Positions 50,975 through 64,000 of a stretch of DNA of 64,000 nucleotides are shown here, piece by piece. The first letter of the stretch is position 1; each line of letters starts with the position of its first letter. A model generated the notes under the pieces. It did not search any database and was not told the origin of the DNA. It worked only from the letters and a program-made list of their open reading frames with translations. The stretch lies in assembly GCF_039654945.1 (NCBI RefSeq), contig NW_027362117.1, positions 434,001-498,000 of the forward strand. The letters are read 5' to 3'. This DNA is from Dendrobates tinctorius. Its lineage: Eukaryota. The translations under genes and the position numbers were made by a program.

Positions 50975-53385
50975 TGAGCAGCATGGTGGAACAGTGGTTA
51001 GCACTGTACTATTTATAGGGAAGCACAGTGGCTCAGTGGTTGGCACTACTATTTATAGGGCAGCATGATGGCTCAGTGATTAGCACTACTTGATATAGGC
51101 AGCATGGTGGCTCAGTGGTTAGCTCAGTACTATATATAGGCAGCATGGTGGCTCAATGGTTAGCACTGCTATTTATAGGGTAGCATGGTGGCTTAGTGGT
51201 TAGCACCCTACTATATTATAGGGCAGCATGGTGGCTCAGTGGTTAGCTCAGTACTATGTATAGGGCAGCTTAGTGTATCAGTGGTTAGAATTGTACTATT
51301 GATAGCCCAGCATGGTGGCTCAGTGGTTAGCACTGTACTATATATGACAGCATGGTGGCTCAGTGGTTAGCACTGTACTATATATGACAGCATGGTGGCT
51401 CAGTGGTTAGCACTGTACTATATATAGGGCAGCATGGTGGATCAGTGGTTAGCTCAGTACTATATATAGGGTAGCATGGTGGCTCAGTACTATATATAGG
51501 GCAGCATGGTGGCTCAGTGGCTAGCTCAGTACTGTATATAAGGCAGCTTAGTGGATCAGTGGTTAGCATTGTACTATGTATAGGGCAGCTTAGTGGATCA
51601 GTGGTTAGAATTGTACTATTGATAGGGCAGCATGGTGGCTCAGTGGTTATCACTGTGCTATATACAGGGCAGCATGGTGGCTCAGTGGTTAGCACTGTAC
51701 TATTTATAGGGTAGCATGGTGGCTCAGTGGTTAGCACTGTACTATTTATAGGGTAGCATGGTGGCTCAGTGGTTAGCACTAAACTACATATAGGGCAGCA
51801 TGGTGGCTGTGGTTAGCACTGTACTATATATATGGCAGCACAGTGGCTCAGTGGTTAACAGCACTATACTATATATAGGGCAGCATGGTGGCTCAGTGGT
51901 TAGCACTGTACTATATATAGGGTAGCACGGTGGCTCAGTGGTTAGCACTGTACTATATATACGGCAGCACAGTGGCTCAGTGGTTAGCACTGTACTATAT
52001 ATAGGGCATCATGGTGGCTCAGTGGTTAGCACTAAACTACATATAGGGCAGCATGGTGGCTGTGGTTAGCACTGTACTATATATATGGCAGCACAGTGGC
52101 TCAGTGGTTAACAGCACTATACTATATATAGGGCAGCACGGTGGCTCAGTGGTTAGCACTGTACTATATATAGGGTAGCACGGTGGCTCAGTGGTTAGCA
52201 CTGTACTATATATACGGCAGCACAGTGGCTCAGTGGTTAGCACTGTACTATATATAGGGCAGCATGGTGGCTCAGTGGTTAGCACTGTACTATATATAGG
52301 GCAGCACGGTGGCTCAGTGGTTAGCACTGTACTATATATAGGGTAGCACGGTGGCTCAGTGGTTAGCACTGTACTATATATACGGCAGCACAGTGGCTCA
52401 GTGGTTAACAGCACTATACTATATATAGGGCAGCATGGTGGCTCAGTGGTTAGCACTGTACTATATATAGGGCAGCACGGTGGCTCAGTGGTTAGCACTG
52501 TACTATATATAGGGTAGCACGGTGGCTCAGTGGTTAGCACTGTACTATATATACGGCAGCACAGTGGCTCAGTGGTTAGCACTGTACTATATATAGGGCA
52601 GCATGGTGGCTCAGTGGTTAGCACTGTACTATATATAGGGCAGCACGGTGGCTCAGTGGTTAGCACTGTACTATATATAGGGTAGCACGGTGGCTCAGTG
52701 GTTAGCACTACTATATATACGGCAGCACAGTGGCTCAGTGGTTAGCACTGTACTATATATAGGGCAGCATGGTGGCTCAGTGGTTAGCACTGTACTATAT
52801 ATACGGCAGCATGGTGGCTTAGTGGTTAGCACTGTACTATAGGGCAGTATAGTGGCTCAGTGGTTAGCACTGTACTATATATACGGCAGCACAGTGGCTC
52901 AGTGGTTAGCACTGTACTATATATAGGGCAGCATGGTGACTCAGTGGTTAGCACTGTACTATATATACGGCAGCATGGTGACTCAGTGGTTAGCACTGTA
53001 CTATAGGGCAGCATGGTGGCTCAGTGGTTAGCACTGTACTATAGGGCAGCATGGTGGCTCAGTGGTTAGCACTGTACTATATATATATACGGCAGCACAG
53101 TGGCTCAGTGGTTAGCATTGTACTATATATATGGCAGCATGGTGGCTCAGTGGTTAGCACTGTACTATATATACGGCGGCATGGTGGCTCAGTGGTTAGC
53201 ACTACTATAGGGCAGCATGGTGGCTCAGTGGTTAGCACTGTACTATATATAGGGCAGCATGATGGCTCAGTGGTTAGCACTGTACTATATATAGGGCAGC
53301 ACGGTGGTTCAGTGGTTAGCACTGTACTATATATAGGGCAGCATGGTGGCTCAGTGGTTAGCACTGTACTATATATAGGGCAGTA
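50975..53385 (+). repeat. ~39-bp minisatellite resembling the 5' head (A-box) of a tRNA-derived SINE
   Basis: GGGCAGCATGGTGGCTCAGTGGTTAGCACTGTACTATATATA x~60. Confidence 0.93.
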
Positions 53386-53424
53386 CAGTGTCTCAGCCCA
53401 TTACTTTCCTTTTTGTCGTTGTAG

Positions 53425-53533
53425 CTGGAGTCCGGTTTCATCTCTAATGAGGACAGTAAGCAGAGGCTGGTGCCCATCATGAGCATCCTGCTGGAGGGGC
53501 TGAACTCCACCGGAGAATGCTCTCTGCCTATAG
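53425..53533 (+). CDS. NPRL2: NPRL2 coding exon 4
   Basis: [36 protein letters not shown]. Confidence 0.95.
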
Positions 53534-54070
53534 GTACATACCTGATGGCTTAGTGCTGAGCACCCGACATTAAATCTTCCTTATACACCCTACATGAGTC
53601 AGGTAATAAATCACCATGAGGGCGCCTATCACAAGGCTACGGGGCGACCTCCTCTGCTGCAGTGGGATGGACAGGAGCTTTTCCCGTGTTTACTCTCTGC
53701 CGCACATATCTGGGCTCCGCTCCCAGCGCTGAGCTCCTCTTTACTAAGTGGGAGGCCGAGCGCAGCGCCCCTGCACCGCTCCAGCTCTTGTTCTGTGCAT
53801 ATTCGGTCCCCAGAGTATAACTGCAGATTTATCCACCTTCGATGCAGAGTGAAATCAGCGTCACATTCTGCTTCTCTTTCATTTGGATTTTATTGAGGAT
53901 TCATAGTAGAAAAATGTATCTGTGTGAAAATCAAGTGATTGCCAATAATTGCCGCTGTGATTATCAGCTGCACAATGGCTGACGCCCGGCGGCTCTCATG
54001 TCGGGTGAGATGCGTGACCCCAGTGTGCAGGGCTCAGTGAGAACACATCTAACGTCTCCTTGTACTACAG

Positions 54071-54207
54071 ATGAAAGTAACACCATGCACCTGAAGGTCA
54101 TAGAATTGCGGGTGGCGCCCCCTACAGCCCAGGAGTACGACGTCCCAGTGTTCACAGAGGACAAGGACGACTTCTGCAATGCACAGTGGGATCTGACAAC
54201 GCAGCAG
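54071..54207 (+). CDS. NPRL2: NPRL2 coding exon 5
   Basis: [12 protein letters not shown]...QEYDVPVF...AQWDLTTQQ. Confidence 0.95.
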
Positions 54208-54639
54208 GTAAATCTGCAGGTGTAAGAATTAATACGAAGCCCCTTCCTCCAGTCTTAGCCTGTGTTCACATGTGGCAGTATTACCTGCTCTTTCTCGTTG
54301 TGGCTTTATCTATTTTTTTCTTTGGGATTTTGCAATGAACAAAATAAGATTAAAAAAAATTGTAAAAATAAAAACCTGGTAGTCGAATGTCCACAGATTC
54401 CAAATGTGGCCGTCATATCTGAATGTCTCCGCAAAAGATACACGGTGCTATCGCTGCAGACTGTTGAGTTCACTGATGGATTCTCAGATCACTCATTCTG
54501 CAGCCAGCATTAGACAGTGCAGCCTGAGGCTAGAGAAGGTAAAGGGTGCACAGTGCCTGCAGATACAAAACTCATCCAGCTCCAAATAAAATGCATTTGT
54601 GTAAAATAAAAGGTCCCCACAGATGGAGTGCCCCTGTAA

Positions 54640-54846
<207 letters not shown>

Positions 54847-55063
54847 TGAGTGATCCGGAGAGCCAAAGTCTGGATAATCAGACGGTGACATTCCTTTAAT
54901 TCGGCATTTGATTGTCGGTATGATGACTACACTAAGGGCAGGAGGAGAGCGCCCTGAGGCCGGGGGTCTTGTGGTTAGAGCTTAGTGTCCTATCCGTGTC
55001 CTTCAGATTCTTAGCAGCGGTTTCAGCATTGTGACTACAACTCTCAACTTCCTTTTTTTCTAG

Positions 55064-55100
55064 GTATTACGGGGTGGTGACTCTTGTTTCCATCTTCCAG
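55064..55100 (+). CDS. NPRL2: NPRL2 coding exon 7
   Basis: YYGVVTLVSIFQ; 37 bp; AG/GT bounded. Confidence 0.93.
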
Positions 55101-55189
55101 GTAAGGATCTGGGGATTTCAGCATCAATCTCGAGTAATGCATCTGGATCTCCAGGATTCAACTTTTGCTCCTTCTTGCTCATCTCAGGG

Positions 55190-55775
55190 AGGCAGCTGCT
55201 TTCTCTGGGGCCAGTATAAGAGACAGCAGCGTTCCCTGGGGCAATGTGACAGCAGCTGGGGAGCCAATATAAGGGGCAGCTGGGTTCTCTGGGCAATATA
55301 AGTGACAGCAGCTGGGGGGCCAGTATAAGGGGCAGCTGGATTCTCTGGGCCAGTATAAGGGGCAGCTATATTCTCTGGGCAATATAAGGGACAGCAGCCG
55401 GGGGGCCAGTATAAGGGGCAGCTGGGTTCTCTGGGCCAGTATAAGGGGCAGCTGGGTTCTCTGGGCCAGTATAAGGGGCAGCTGGGTTCTCTGGGCCAGT
55501 ATAAGGGGCAGCTGGGTTCTCTGGGCCAGTATAAGGGGCAGCTGGGTTCTCTGGGCAATATAAGTGACAGCAGCCGGGGGGCCAGTATAAGGGGCAGCTG
55601 GGTTCTCTGGGCAATATAAGTGACAGCAGCCGGGGGGCCAGTATAAGGGGCAGCTGGGTTCTCTGGGCCAGTATAAGGGGCAGCTGGGTTCTCTGGGCCA
55701 GTATAAGGGGCAGCTGGGTTCTCTGGGCCAGTATAAGGGGCAGCTGGGTTCTCTGGGCCAGTATAAGGGGCAGCG
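55190..55775. repeat. 30-bp minisatellite
   Basis: GGGCCAGTATAAGGGGCAGCTGGGTTCTCT units. Confidence 0.93.
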
Positions 55776-56716
55776 CCAGGCTATAGAAGCTGCTTACAGG
55801 TGAAGTCTGGATGTTTTCTGCTCAAGGATAAAGCAAGAAATAATTTGCAGAATAAAAATTCTAGACGTCAGCAACCGAATATTTCTTATTACCAGACGTT
55901 ATTGGTGCAGAGGATGAGACTGAAAAATGCAGTAAAATCACATAGATCCACACACGACGCCCCGGAGGGAGGTAACAGTTGTTGGGCCGAGTGAATGGCC
56001 GGCAATCTGAATGAGTTAAGCTGCCAGCTTCTTCTTGGTCATCACAGCCGTGGCTCCAGTTCCTATCAGAGCACAGATGTTAAAATAAGTTTTTCATCAG
56101 CTTCTGCCCTCTGCATAGGCAGTAACCAAGATGACAGAAGCTGAGCAAAACAGGATTGAATCGTACACTTTTGTGAAAGGAGAGAGAGAGCCTCACTGGG
56201 AGAACTGTATAGAAAAATAAGACACTGTTTAGAGAAATCGTACATTTTCACACATTTTTGGGCACTAATTAGGGCTGGAGCTGGTTTAGGTTTATGGCTG
56301 GGATAATATAAGTTACTTTAAAAAAAAGTTATATAACTTCTTGTAAATGAGAATTGGGCACCAGTTGCTGAGAATAAGCAGCGTTAGCAAGCCAACACCT
56401 CAGTATGTCTCCTTGGGATCTTTGTAGGGTGGCGCATTTACATAGATAACATAAATGTAAAGCACAAGAATTGGAGCACTCGCCAAGATCCTTCTTGATG
56501 TGCAGCTTTTATTCTATGATAGAAGATGACATCAACACCATATTAAAGTGCAGGTGAAGGAGCTTGACGGACTATGGCGATTTCGCGCTTGCTTAGCACT
56601 GCTACGGGTCCATAGTCAGGCACTTTCACCTGCTCAACTGATGACGGCTGCAGAATATGGGATGGAGCGAGGGGCGGCCATTCTACATTTCATTGATCCC
56701 GGTGTTCTCCTTGCAG

Positions 56717-56810
56717 TACTCCAATGTGTACTGTACCACTCCGCGGGTGCAGGAGCTGATCCACGACAAGGCTCTGCAGGATGAGTGCATCTCCTACATA
56801 AGTAAAGCAG
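56717..56810 (+). CDS. NPRL2: NPRL2 coding exon 8
   Basis: YSNVYCTTPRVQELIHDKALQDECISYISKA. Confidence 0.95.
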
Positions 56811-57129
56811 GTGACCGTTCCCTCTATACAAACGCTTCCTTGACTTTTGCTGCCTACAGGTGGGCTGCGCTGTTCTCCATGTTCTCTACATTGTGGTGGG
56901 GTATGATATTGCTTCCCATACATTGTGCTTGCTGTACAGAGAACATCTATGGATCTTGTCACTGTGCAAAAGTGATGACATTATCCTCTCAGCTGATTAC
57001 AGAGGGCAATAGATGGTAATCACCTGTACTTCAGTCATCTGTTAAAAAATGGTTGATAACAGAGAATAACACACTACACCGCCCCATAATCCCTGCAGTT
57101 CTTCTGCACTAAGGCTCCCATACCCATTA

Positions 57130-57470
57130 GGGTGTGTGCACACGTTGCAGATTCTGCTGCGGAATTTTCCGCGCAAATTTGTCTAAATACGCAGGTCAAA
57201 AGACCTGCGGTTTATCTGTGGATTTGCCTGCGGGTTTCCCCTGCGGTTTGACACCTGTCATGGAGCAGGTGCCAAACCGCTGCGGAATCCGCACAAAAGT
57301 GACATGCTGCGGATTTAAAACCGCAGCAAATCCGCTCAGAAAATTCTGCAACGTGTGCACTGCGCTTTTTGATTTACATAGCTTGTAATGGTACTGTACA
57401 CCGCAGCAGAAACTGCTGCGGATCCGCAGGGCCGAATCCGCAGCAGAATCTGCAACGTGTGCACACACTA
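57130..57470. mobile_element. PIF/Harbinger-like MITE
   Basis: TTA TSD (57127-57129 / 57471-57473); TIR GTGTGTGCACACGTTGCAGATTCTGCTGCGGA. Confidence 0.85.
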
Positions 57471-57780
57471 TTAGATGACTGTCAGCCCATCGTTCGTCCG
57501 GCTTCCCTTGTCCTAGCGTTCCTGTACTCTGTATGATGAGCCGCCTTTAGATATGTCTACCTGCAGATTATCTCCAGGAGAACAAAAATGTTGACCCGTC
57601 TGAAATCCATAACTCGTCCACAGTTGTCTGGGGCTCCCTACATAGTGGACTTCAGCTTGGCCGTCCTGATCCATGGGGTGGGCTGACGTTAGCCTGATGT
57701 GTGGGGGCTTTACTTTCCGTACATGTGGCGGGTCTCCAGTCTCCTTTCATTGCTCACTTGTTACCTGACCTTTCTCCTAG

Positions 57781-57898
57781 GTCTTAAGCGGCCGAGTCTT
57801 CGTGACGTCTTCCAGCTGTACTGCGGCCTCAGTCCTGGCACCACGGTACGAGATCTGATCGCCCGACACACGCAGCAGCTGCAGAGAGTGGATGAGAG
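57781..57898 (+). CDS. NPRL2: NPRL2 coding exon 9
   Basis: [39 protein letters not shown]. Confidence 0.95.
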
Positions 57899-58105
57899 GT
57901 CAGTGACTATAATATGCGCAGAATAAGATGTCCAGAAACCTGCGGGGACTACAGGGTCCAGAGGCACAAGGGGCTAGGGACATCACATCATTGTAACCCT
58001 AAATTCCTGGGGAGCTGCTCACGGTGTACGCCACTCCGCGCTGCTCACAGGGTACACCCCTCCATGCTGCAGACATAATGGATGTTAAGATCTCTGTGAA
58101 CACAG

Positions 58106-58248
58106 GAAACTCATCCAGTTTGGGCTGATGAAGAACCTGATCCGAAGACTCCAGAAATACCCTGTAAAGGTGTCTCGTGATGAACGCAGCCCCCCTGCTC
58201 GTCTCTACACAGGAAGCCACAGCTATGATGAGATCTGCTGCAAGACAG
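58106..58248 (+). CDS. NPRL2: NPRL2 coding exon 10
   Basis: [20 protein letters not shown]...[15 protein letters not shown]. Confidence 0.96.
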
Positions 58249-58807
58249 GTACTGGCACCGGGATCACCAGACACGGCACAGTGGTTAGGGGAATTCCTGC
58301 GTCTGTGGTCGGGGTGCGGCGATGACGCACAGGCAAAGTAATGGCTTCAGAAAGCATTAAAGAGTAACTAAACATATTTATTGATTGGCCTTTGCCGAGT
58401 TATAAATCTTTGTAATGTTCTCAGTGACCTTATTTTACTTCCATACATTGTGCTAAATGTGCGGTTTTAGCTGCCAAGTTCATGCTCTTTTTGTAGCTGC
58501 TTTGAACGGCTGCTCTTACCCGAATCCATACTCCAGTCCTCTCACTGTCCGAGCATTGGGGAGCGGGTCGGTAACTAGGGTCTGAGTACAGATTATGGCC
58601 GCAGCTACTAACAGCATGAACTCGGCAGCACTTGGGGAGAGGAAGAGCGAACTGGAAAATATTCCAGAACTTCATAGTTTCCAAACAAAGCCTGGGGAAT
58701 ATATATATTAGGGTAAATTCATCGTATTGATCAATACCATATCTACCCCCCTACACGAGCTGTTGGAGAACGGCGCTGACCATCGGGTTTTACTTTCTCT
58801 TACCCAG

Positions 58808-58875
58808 GCATGAGCTATCGAGAGCTGGATGAAAGACTGGACTCCGACTCCAACATCATTGTGTGCATGAAGTAA
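58808..58875 (+). CDS. NPRL2: NPRL2 last coding exon
   Basis: GMSYRELDERLDSDSNIIVCMK*; candidate AATAAA near 60009 and 60046. Confidence 0.94.
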
Positions 58876-59359
58876 TGGGAGTGGATACGTGGTGGCCAGA
58901 AGTAGCAGACCTCGCTCATGCTATTCATGGATTGAAATGTTTCCTGCGACTGTGAAGTATACAATGATTTTCATCTGAAGTTTGTTTTTACCTTTTGCTC
59001 AGATGATGTACGTGTAGGGGATGAGGTGTCCCCTAATGGACAGAGAAAACACTGCGAAGCCTTGTAAGCAATGGTATAAGTGCCTGCATCTTGGAGGACA
59101 TTACAGACTCTCTACCATGAAACTCCGATTGAGAGCACGTCATTCGATGTATATGATACTGTAATACAAGGTCAATGGTGCAGCATGGGGAGCCACAAGG
59201 GCCAAAGTCATGAGTGCAAAATTTTGTAACCCCCCCCCCCCCTCCCAATGCCACCCCAATATCAACAGATTAATGCTTGCAAGCACCACTTCTTGGTTCA
59301 GCCTGGTCAGTGTCTGCCTGCTGCTTATCCCGAGGGTAGCAGTATGAGGAAATTATCAT

Positions 59360-59860
59360 GTGCTGCTGGGCTCTGCATCATCAGCTGCTGAGCTCTCAGC
59401 AGTGGTTGGGCTCTGCGTCATGTGCGGCTGGGCTCTGCATCATAAACTGCTGGGCTCTGTGTCTTGTGCAGCTGGGCTCTGAGTCATGAGCGGCAGGACT
59501 CTGAGTGGTTGGGCTCTCCGTCATGTGCGACTGGGCTCTCAGCAGTGGCTGGGCTCTGCATCATTAACTGCTGGGCTCTGCATCATTAACTGCTTGGCTC
59601 TACGTCATTAGCGGCTGCTGCAATCTGCATCATTAACTGCTTGTCTGTGCATCATTAGCTGCTGCACTCTGCATCATTAGCTGCTGCTGGGCTCTGCATC
59701 ATTAACTGCTTGTCTGTGCGTCATTAGCTGCTGCACTCTGCATCATTAGCTGCTGCTGGGCTCTGCATCATTAACTGCTTGTCTGTGCGTCATTAGCTGC
59801 TGCACTCTGCATCATTAGCTGCTGCTGGGCTCTGCATCATTAACTGCAGCGCTCTGTATC
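59360..59860. repeat. Degenerate ~22-bp repeat with ~70-bp higher-order units in the probable NPRL2 3' UTR
   Basis: GCTGGGCTCTGCATCATTAACT-type units. Confidence 0.8.
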
Positions 59861-60789
59861 AGTATCGGCTGAGATGATGGATGCAGAGCAGCTAATGATC
59901 CAAGTGCAGTGAGCACATTACATTGCCACCTTGTTCGTTACTAACAGCTGCTTCCGTGGTTTTACAATCTTTGTAAATAGGGATTGGGTTCGGGGTCTTG
60001 GCTGCAGCAATAAAATTGTTACAGAAAGGAAAAAACAGAAGATGTAATAAAAAGACAAAACAGCCAGAGAAATGTTTAACTTTTTGAGTTCCTAATTGAA
60101 TTCAGATCTCTTCGTGGTCTGACTCCAGATTGAAGTTTTATATCTGGTTATTGTGCTGAATTCTGAGTAAGGATGGAGTCAGACACAACGCATAAAAATA
60201 CGGTCCGTATTTTACGGTCGTAATACGCAGAAATGTCCCCCTGAACGGTGATCCGTTGGCAAGGCTAGGATGCGATTTTTGCGCATGTAAGCATCCGCAT
60301 GACATCCGTATTGCATCCTTATGCCGCTAAAGGCAATGGGAATAGAGAGGCTAAGTGCCAGAAAAGGCGCATCTTATAGACGCGCCTTTTCTGGGGTGGC
60401 TGGGGGCAAATTTTTTTTTTAGTCGGGGGGGGGGGGCAAAAACAATGGATCCTCTCAAGGCTATTAATATCTGCCCTCACTTACTGGCTTTCCCTCTCTG
60501 GTGGAGAAATTACCGCAGGAGCCCACACAGTTTTTTTTTTTCAATGAATTTACACTTTAATTTAACATCTACATGTCTAAAATTGTACACACACTAATCT
60601 AATTATTAGTCAGACATATAAAATAATAAATGAAATGGTTTACTGTATGTAAACCATGTGTCATTTCATGTCGGGTTTTGTATTGATTTTTACAGAAGCC
60701 AGCAATCCATTTAGCGACTATTATGCTATGCAGAATTTTATGAAATTATATAGTGTCTCAATGACGTGTGTGTGTGTATATATATATAT

Positions 60790-60990
60790 TTAATAATACT
60801 CTTTATTTATATAGCGCCAACATATTCCGCAGCGCTTTACAGTTTAACAGTTTCAAAACACAAGTCATAAGTAACAACATTAACAATACAATAATTAACC
60901 GCACAATCAGCCGCCCCTGCTGGTGAGAGCTTACACTCTACAGTGAGGAGGGGGAGATACAGAGTACAGGGGTGTATTTACAGTGGTGTA
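60790..60990 (-). mobile_element. L2 3'-end fragment, same family as 49073-49923
   Basis: Reverse complement of ~49735-49920 (ATATAGCGCCAACATATTCCGCAGCGCTTTACAG). Confidence 0.85.
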
Positions 60991-61068
60991 TTTACAATAC
61001 ATATATATGTATTGTAATGCATAATATATAATAATGTGTTTTATGTGTTTATATCTATTCTTTGTTAA

Positions 61069-64000
61069 CCCCTTAAGCCCCAAGGGTGGTGTGCACGTTC
61101 ATGACCGGGCCAATTTTTACAATTCTGACCACTGTCTCTTTATGAGGTCATAACTCTGGAACGCTTCCATGGATCCCGGTGACTCTGACATTGTTTTCTC
61201 GTGACATATTGTACTTCATGTTAGTGGTAAAATTTCATTCAAATAACTTGCGTTTATTTGTGAAAAAAAACGGAAATTTGGCGAAAATTTTGAAAATTTC
61301 GCAATTTTCCAACTTTGAATTTTTATGCCCTTAAATCACAGAGATATGGCACACAAAAACCTTAATAAGTAACATTTCCCACATGTTTACTTTACATCAG
61401 CGCAATTTTGGAACCAAAATTTTTTTGTTAGGAAGTTATAAGGGTTAAAAATTGACCAGCGATTTTATTTTTAGGGACCACATCACATTTCAAGCCACTT
61501 TGAGGGGTCTATACGATAGAAAATACCCAAAAGTGACACCATTCTAAAAACTGCACCCCTCAAGGTGCTCAAAACCACATTCAAGAAGTGTATTAACCCT
61601 TTAGGTGCGTCACAGGAATTTTTTGAATATTTAAAAAAATATGAACATTTAACTTTTTTTCACAAAAAAAAAAACTTCAGGTTCAATTTTTTTTTATTTT
61701 ACCAAGGGTAACAGGAGAAATTGGACTGCAAAATTTATTGTGCAATTTGTCCTGAGTACGCCGATACCTGATATGTGGGGGGGAACCACTGTTTCGGCGC
61801 ATGGCAGACCTCAGAAGGGAAGGAGCGCCGTTTGACATTTTCAATGCAAAATTGGCTGGAATTCAGATCGGACGCCATGTCACGTTTGGAGAGTCCCTGA
61901 TATACCTAAACAGTGAAAACCCCCCACAAGTGACCCCATTTTGGAAACTAGACCCCCCCAAGGAACTTATCTAGATGTGTGGTGAGAACTTTGAACCCAC
62001 AAGGGCTTCACAGAAGTTTATAACGTACAGCGGTACAATTAAAAAATCATTTTTTCCACAAAAATGATCTTTTCACCCCCAATTTTTATTTTCCCAAGGG
62101 TAACAGGACCCTAATAGTTATTGTGCAATTTGTCCTGAGTACGCTGATACCCCATATGTGGGGGTAAACCACTCTTTGGGCGCATGGCAGAGCTCGGAAG
62201 GGAAGCAGCGCCATTTGACGTTTTTGGCTGGAATTGAGATCGGACACCATGTCGCATTTGGAAAGCCCCTGATGTACCAAAACAGTGGAAACCCCCCACA
62301 CAAATGACACCATTTTGGAAACTAGACCCCCCAAGGAACTTATCTAGATGTGTGGTGAGCACTTTGACCCCCTCCCGTGCTTCACAGAAGTTTATAACGC
62401 CCGGGTGTGAAAATAAAAAAATCGTATTTTTTCCACAAACATGATCTTTTAGTCGCCAATTTTTTTATTTTCCCAAGGGTACCAAAAGAAATTGGACTCC
62501 AAAAGTTGTTGTCCAATTTGTCCTGAGTACACTGATACCCCATGTGTGGGAGAAAACTACTGTATGGGACACGTCGGGGATCGGAAGGGAAGTAGTGACG
62601 TTTTGGATTGCAGACTTTGATGGAATGGTCTGCGGGTGTCATGTGCGTTTGGAGAGCCCCTGATGTACCTAAACTATTGAAACTCCCCAAAAGTGACCCC
62701 ATTTTGGAAACTAGACCCCCCCCCACGGAACTTATCTAGATGTGAGGTGAGCACTTTGAACCCCCAAGTGCTTCACAGAAGTTTATACTCCCGGGCGTGA
62801 AAATAAAAAAATCATTTTTTTCCACAAAAATGATATTTTTGCCCCCAATTTTTTATTTTCCTAAGGGTAACAGGAGAAATTGGACCCCAAAAGTTATTTT
62901 GCAATTTGTCCTGAGTAGGATGATACCCAATATGTGGGGGTAAAACACTGTTTGGACGAATGGCAGAGCTGGGAAGGGAAGGAGCACCATTTGACTTTTT
63001 CAACTCAGAATTGGCTGGAATTGAGATCAGACGCCATGTTGCATTTGGAGAGCACCTGATGTGCCCAAACAGTGGAAACCCCCCAATTATAACTCCAACC
63101 CTAACCCCCAACACACCCCTAACCCTAATCTCAGCCCTAACCCTAATGGGAAAATGGAAATAAATACATTTTTTTTATTTTATTATTTTTCGCTAACTAA
63201 GGGGGTGATAACGGGGGGTTTGATTTACTATTTATGGCGGTTTTTATGTTTGGCGGCTGTCGCACACTAAAAGACGCTTTTTATTGTAAAAATAGTTTTT
63301 GCATCACCACATATTGAGAGCTATAATTTTTCCATATTTTGACCCACCGAGTCATGTGAGGTCTTATTTTTTGCGGGACGAGTTGACGTTTTTTATTGGT
63401 ACCACTTTCGGGCATGTGACATTTTTTATTCTGATTTTTGGGACGCAGAATGAACAAAAACCAGAGTTTCATGAATTTCTTTTGGGGGGGTGCGTTTACA
63501 CCGTTCCGCGTGCAGTAAAATTGATAAAGCGGTTTTATTCTTCGGGTCAGTACGGTTACAGCGATACCTCATTTAGGTCGTTTTTTATGTTTTGTCGGTT
63601 TTATGAAATGAAAACAATTTTATATAAAAAATAATTATTTTTGCATCGCTTTATTCTGTGAGCTGTAACTTTTTTATTTTTTCGCTGATGATGCTGTGTG
63701 GCGGCTCGTTTTTTGCGGGCCAAGATGACGTTTTCAGCGGTACCATGGATATTTATATGCGTCTTTTTGATCGCGCGTTATTGCACTTTTTGTTCGGCGG
63801 TATGATAATCATTTTTTGCTTCGTTTTTTTTTATTTTTTAAGGGGTTCGCTAAAGGGGTTAACTAATGGGACAGTTTTATAGGGCAGGTCGTTACGGACG
63901 CGGCGATACCAAATGTGTACTTTTATTTATTTTTTATTTCCAAAAAATGAATTTATTGGGGGAATATTTTTTTTTTTTTTCTAATTTATTTGGCGATTTT
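61069..64000 (-). mobile_element. piggyBac-related element end, probably running off the window, with four ~390-bp internal tandem repeats
   Basis: TTAA-CCCCTT start; 61069-~61850 is homologous to the reverse complement of ~28490-29280; repeat units start near 61704, 62096, 62475 and 62863. Confidence 0.8.

Noticed and set aside
50975-53385. tRNA gene cluster
   Set aside because: Only the 5' D-arm/A-box-like portion is present; no anticodon arm, T arm or B-box
56555-56612. Possible fourth hammerhead on the minus strand (…GCGCGAAATCGCCATAGTC)
   Set aside because: No CUGANGA-like core at the right spacing; at most an eroded repeat remnant
63098-63146. Interstitial telomere or chromosome fusion site
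   Set aside because: Only a few degenerate hexamers inside a transposon
63853-63862. AAGGGGTTAA as the right terminus of the element starting at 61069
   Set aside because: Match is only 6 bp plus TTAA, and element-like sequence seems to continue past it; cannot be confirmed within the window

Overview
Eukaryotic vertebrate DNA, most likely a frog (inferred from the repeat families; species not determinable here). It carries three intact spliced genes in the arrangement known from human 3p21.3: TMEM115 (+, 2 coding exons, 344 aa), CYB561D2 (-, 3 coding exons, 222 aa) and NPRL2 (+, 11 coding exons, 379 aa). CYB561D2 and NPRL2 are head-to-head around a probable bidirectional promoter. The rest is mostly minisatellites (45, 85, 48, 30, 62, 51 and 39 bp units) and nested mobile elements. 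These include an intact IR/DR Tc1 with a nearby excision footprint, a piggyBac whose transposase has one nonsense codon and which sits inside a CR1 LINE, further CR1 and L2 fragments, a Penelope element with an inverted 5' repeat, and hAT, TTAA-type and Harbinger MITEs. The most unusual items are minimal hammerhead ribozymes, above all a 376-bp non-coding, TSD-flanked insertion (42539-42914) that places a canonical type-I hammerhead between ~86-bp inverted arms and looks like a reverse-transcribed small circular or tandem RNA (retrozyme-like). The very long ORFs in the ORF track are satellite artefacts. All coordinates were counted by eye.
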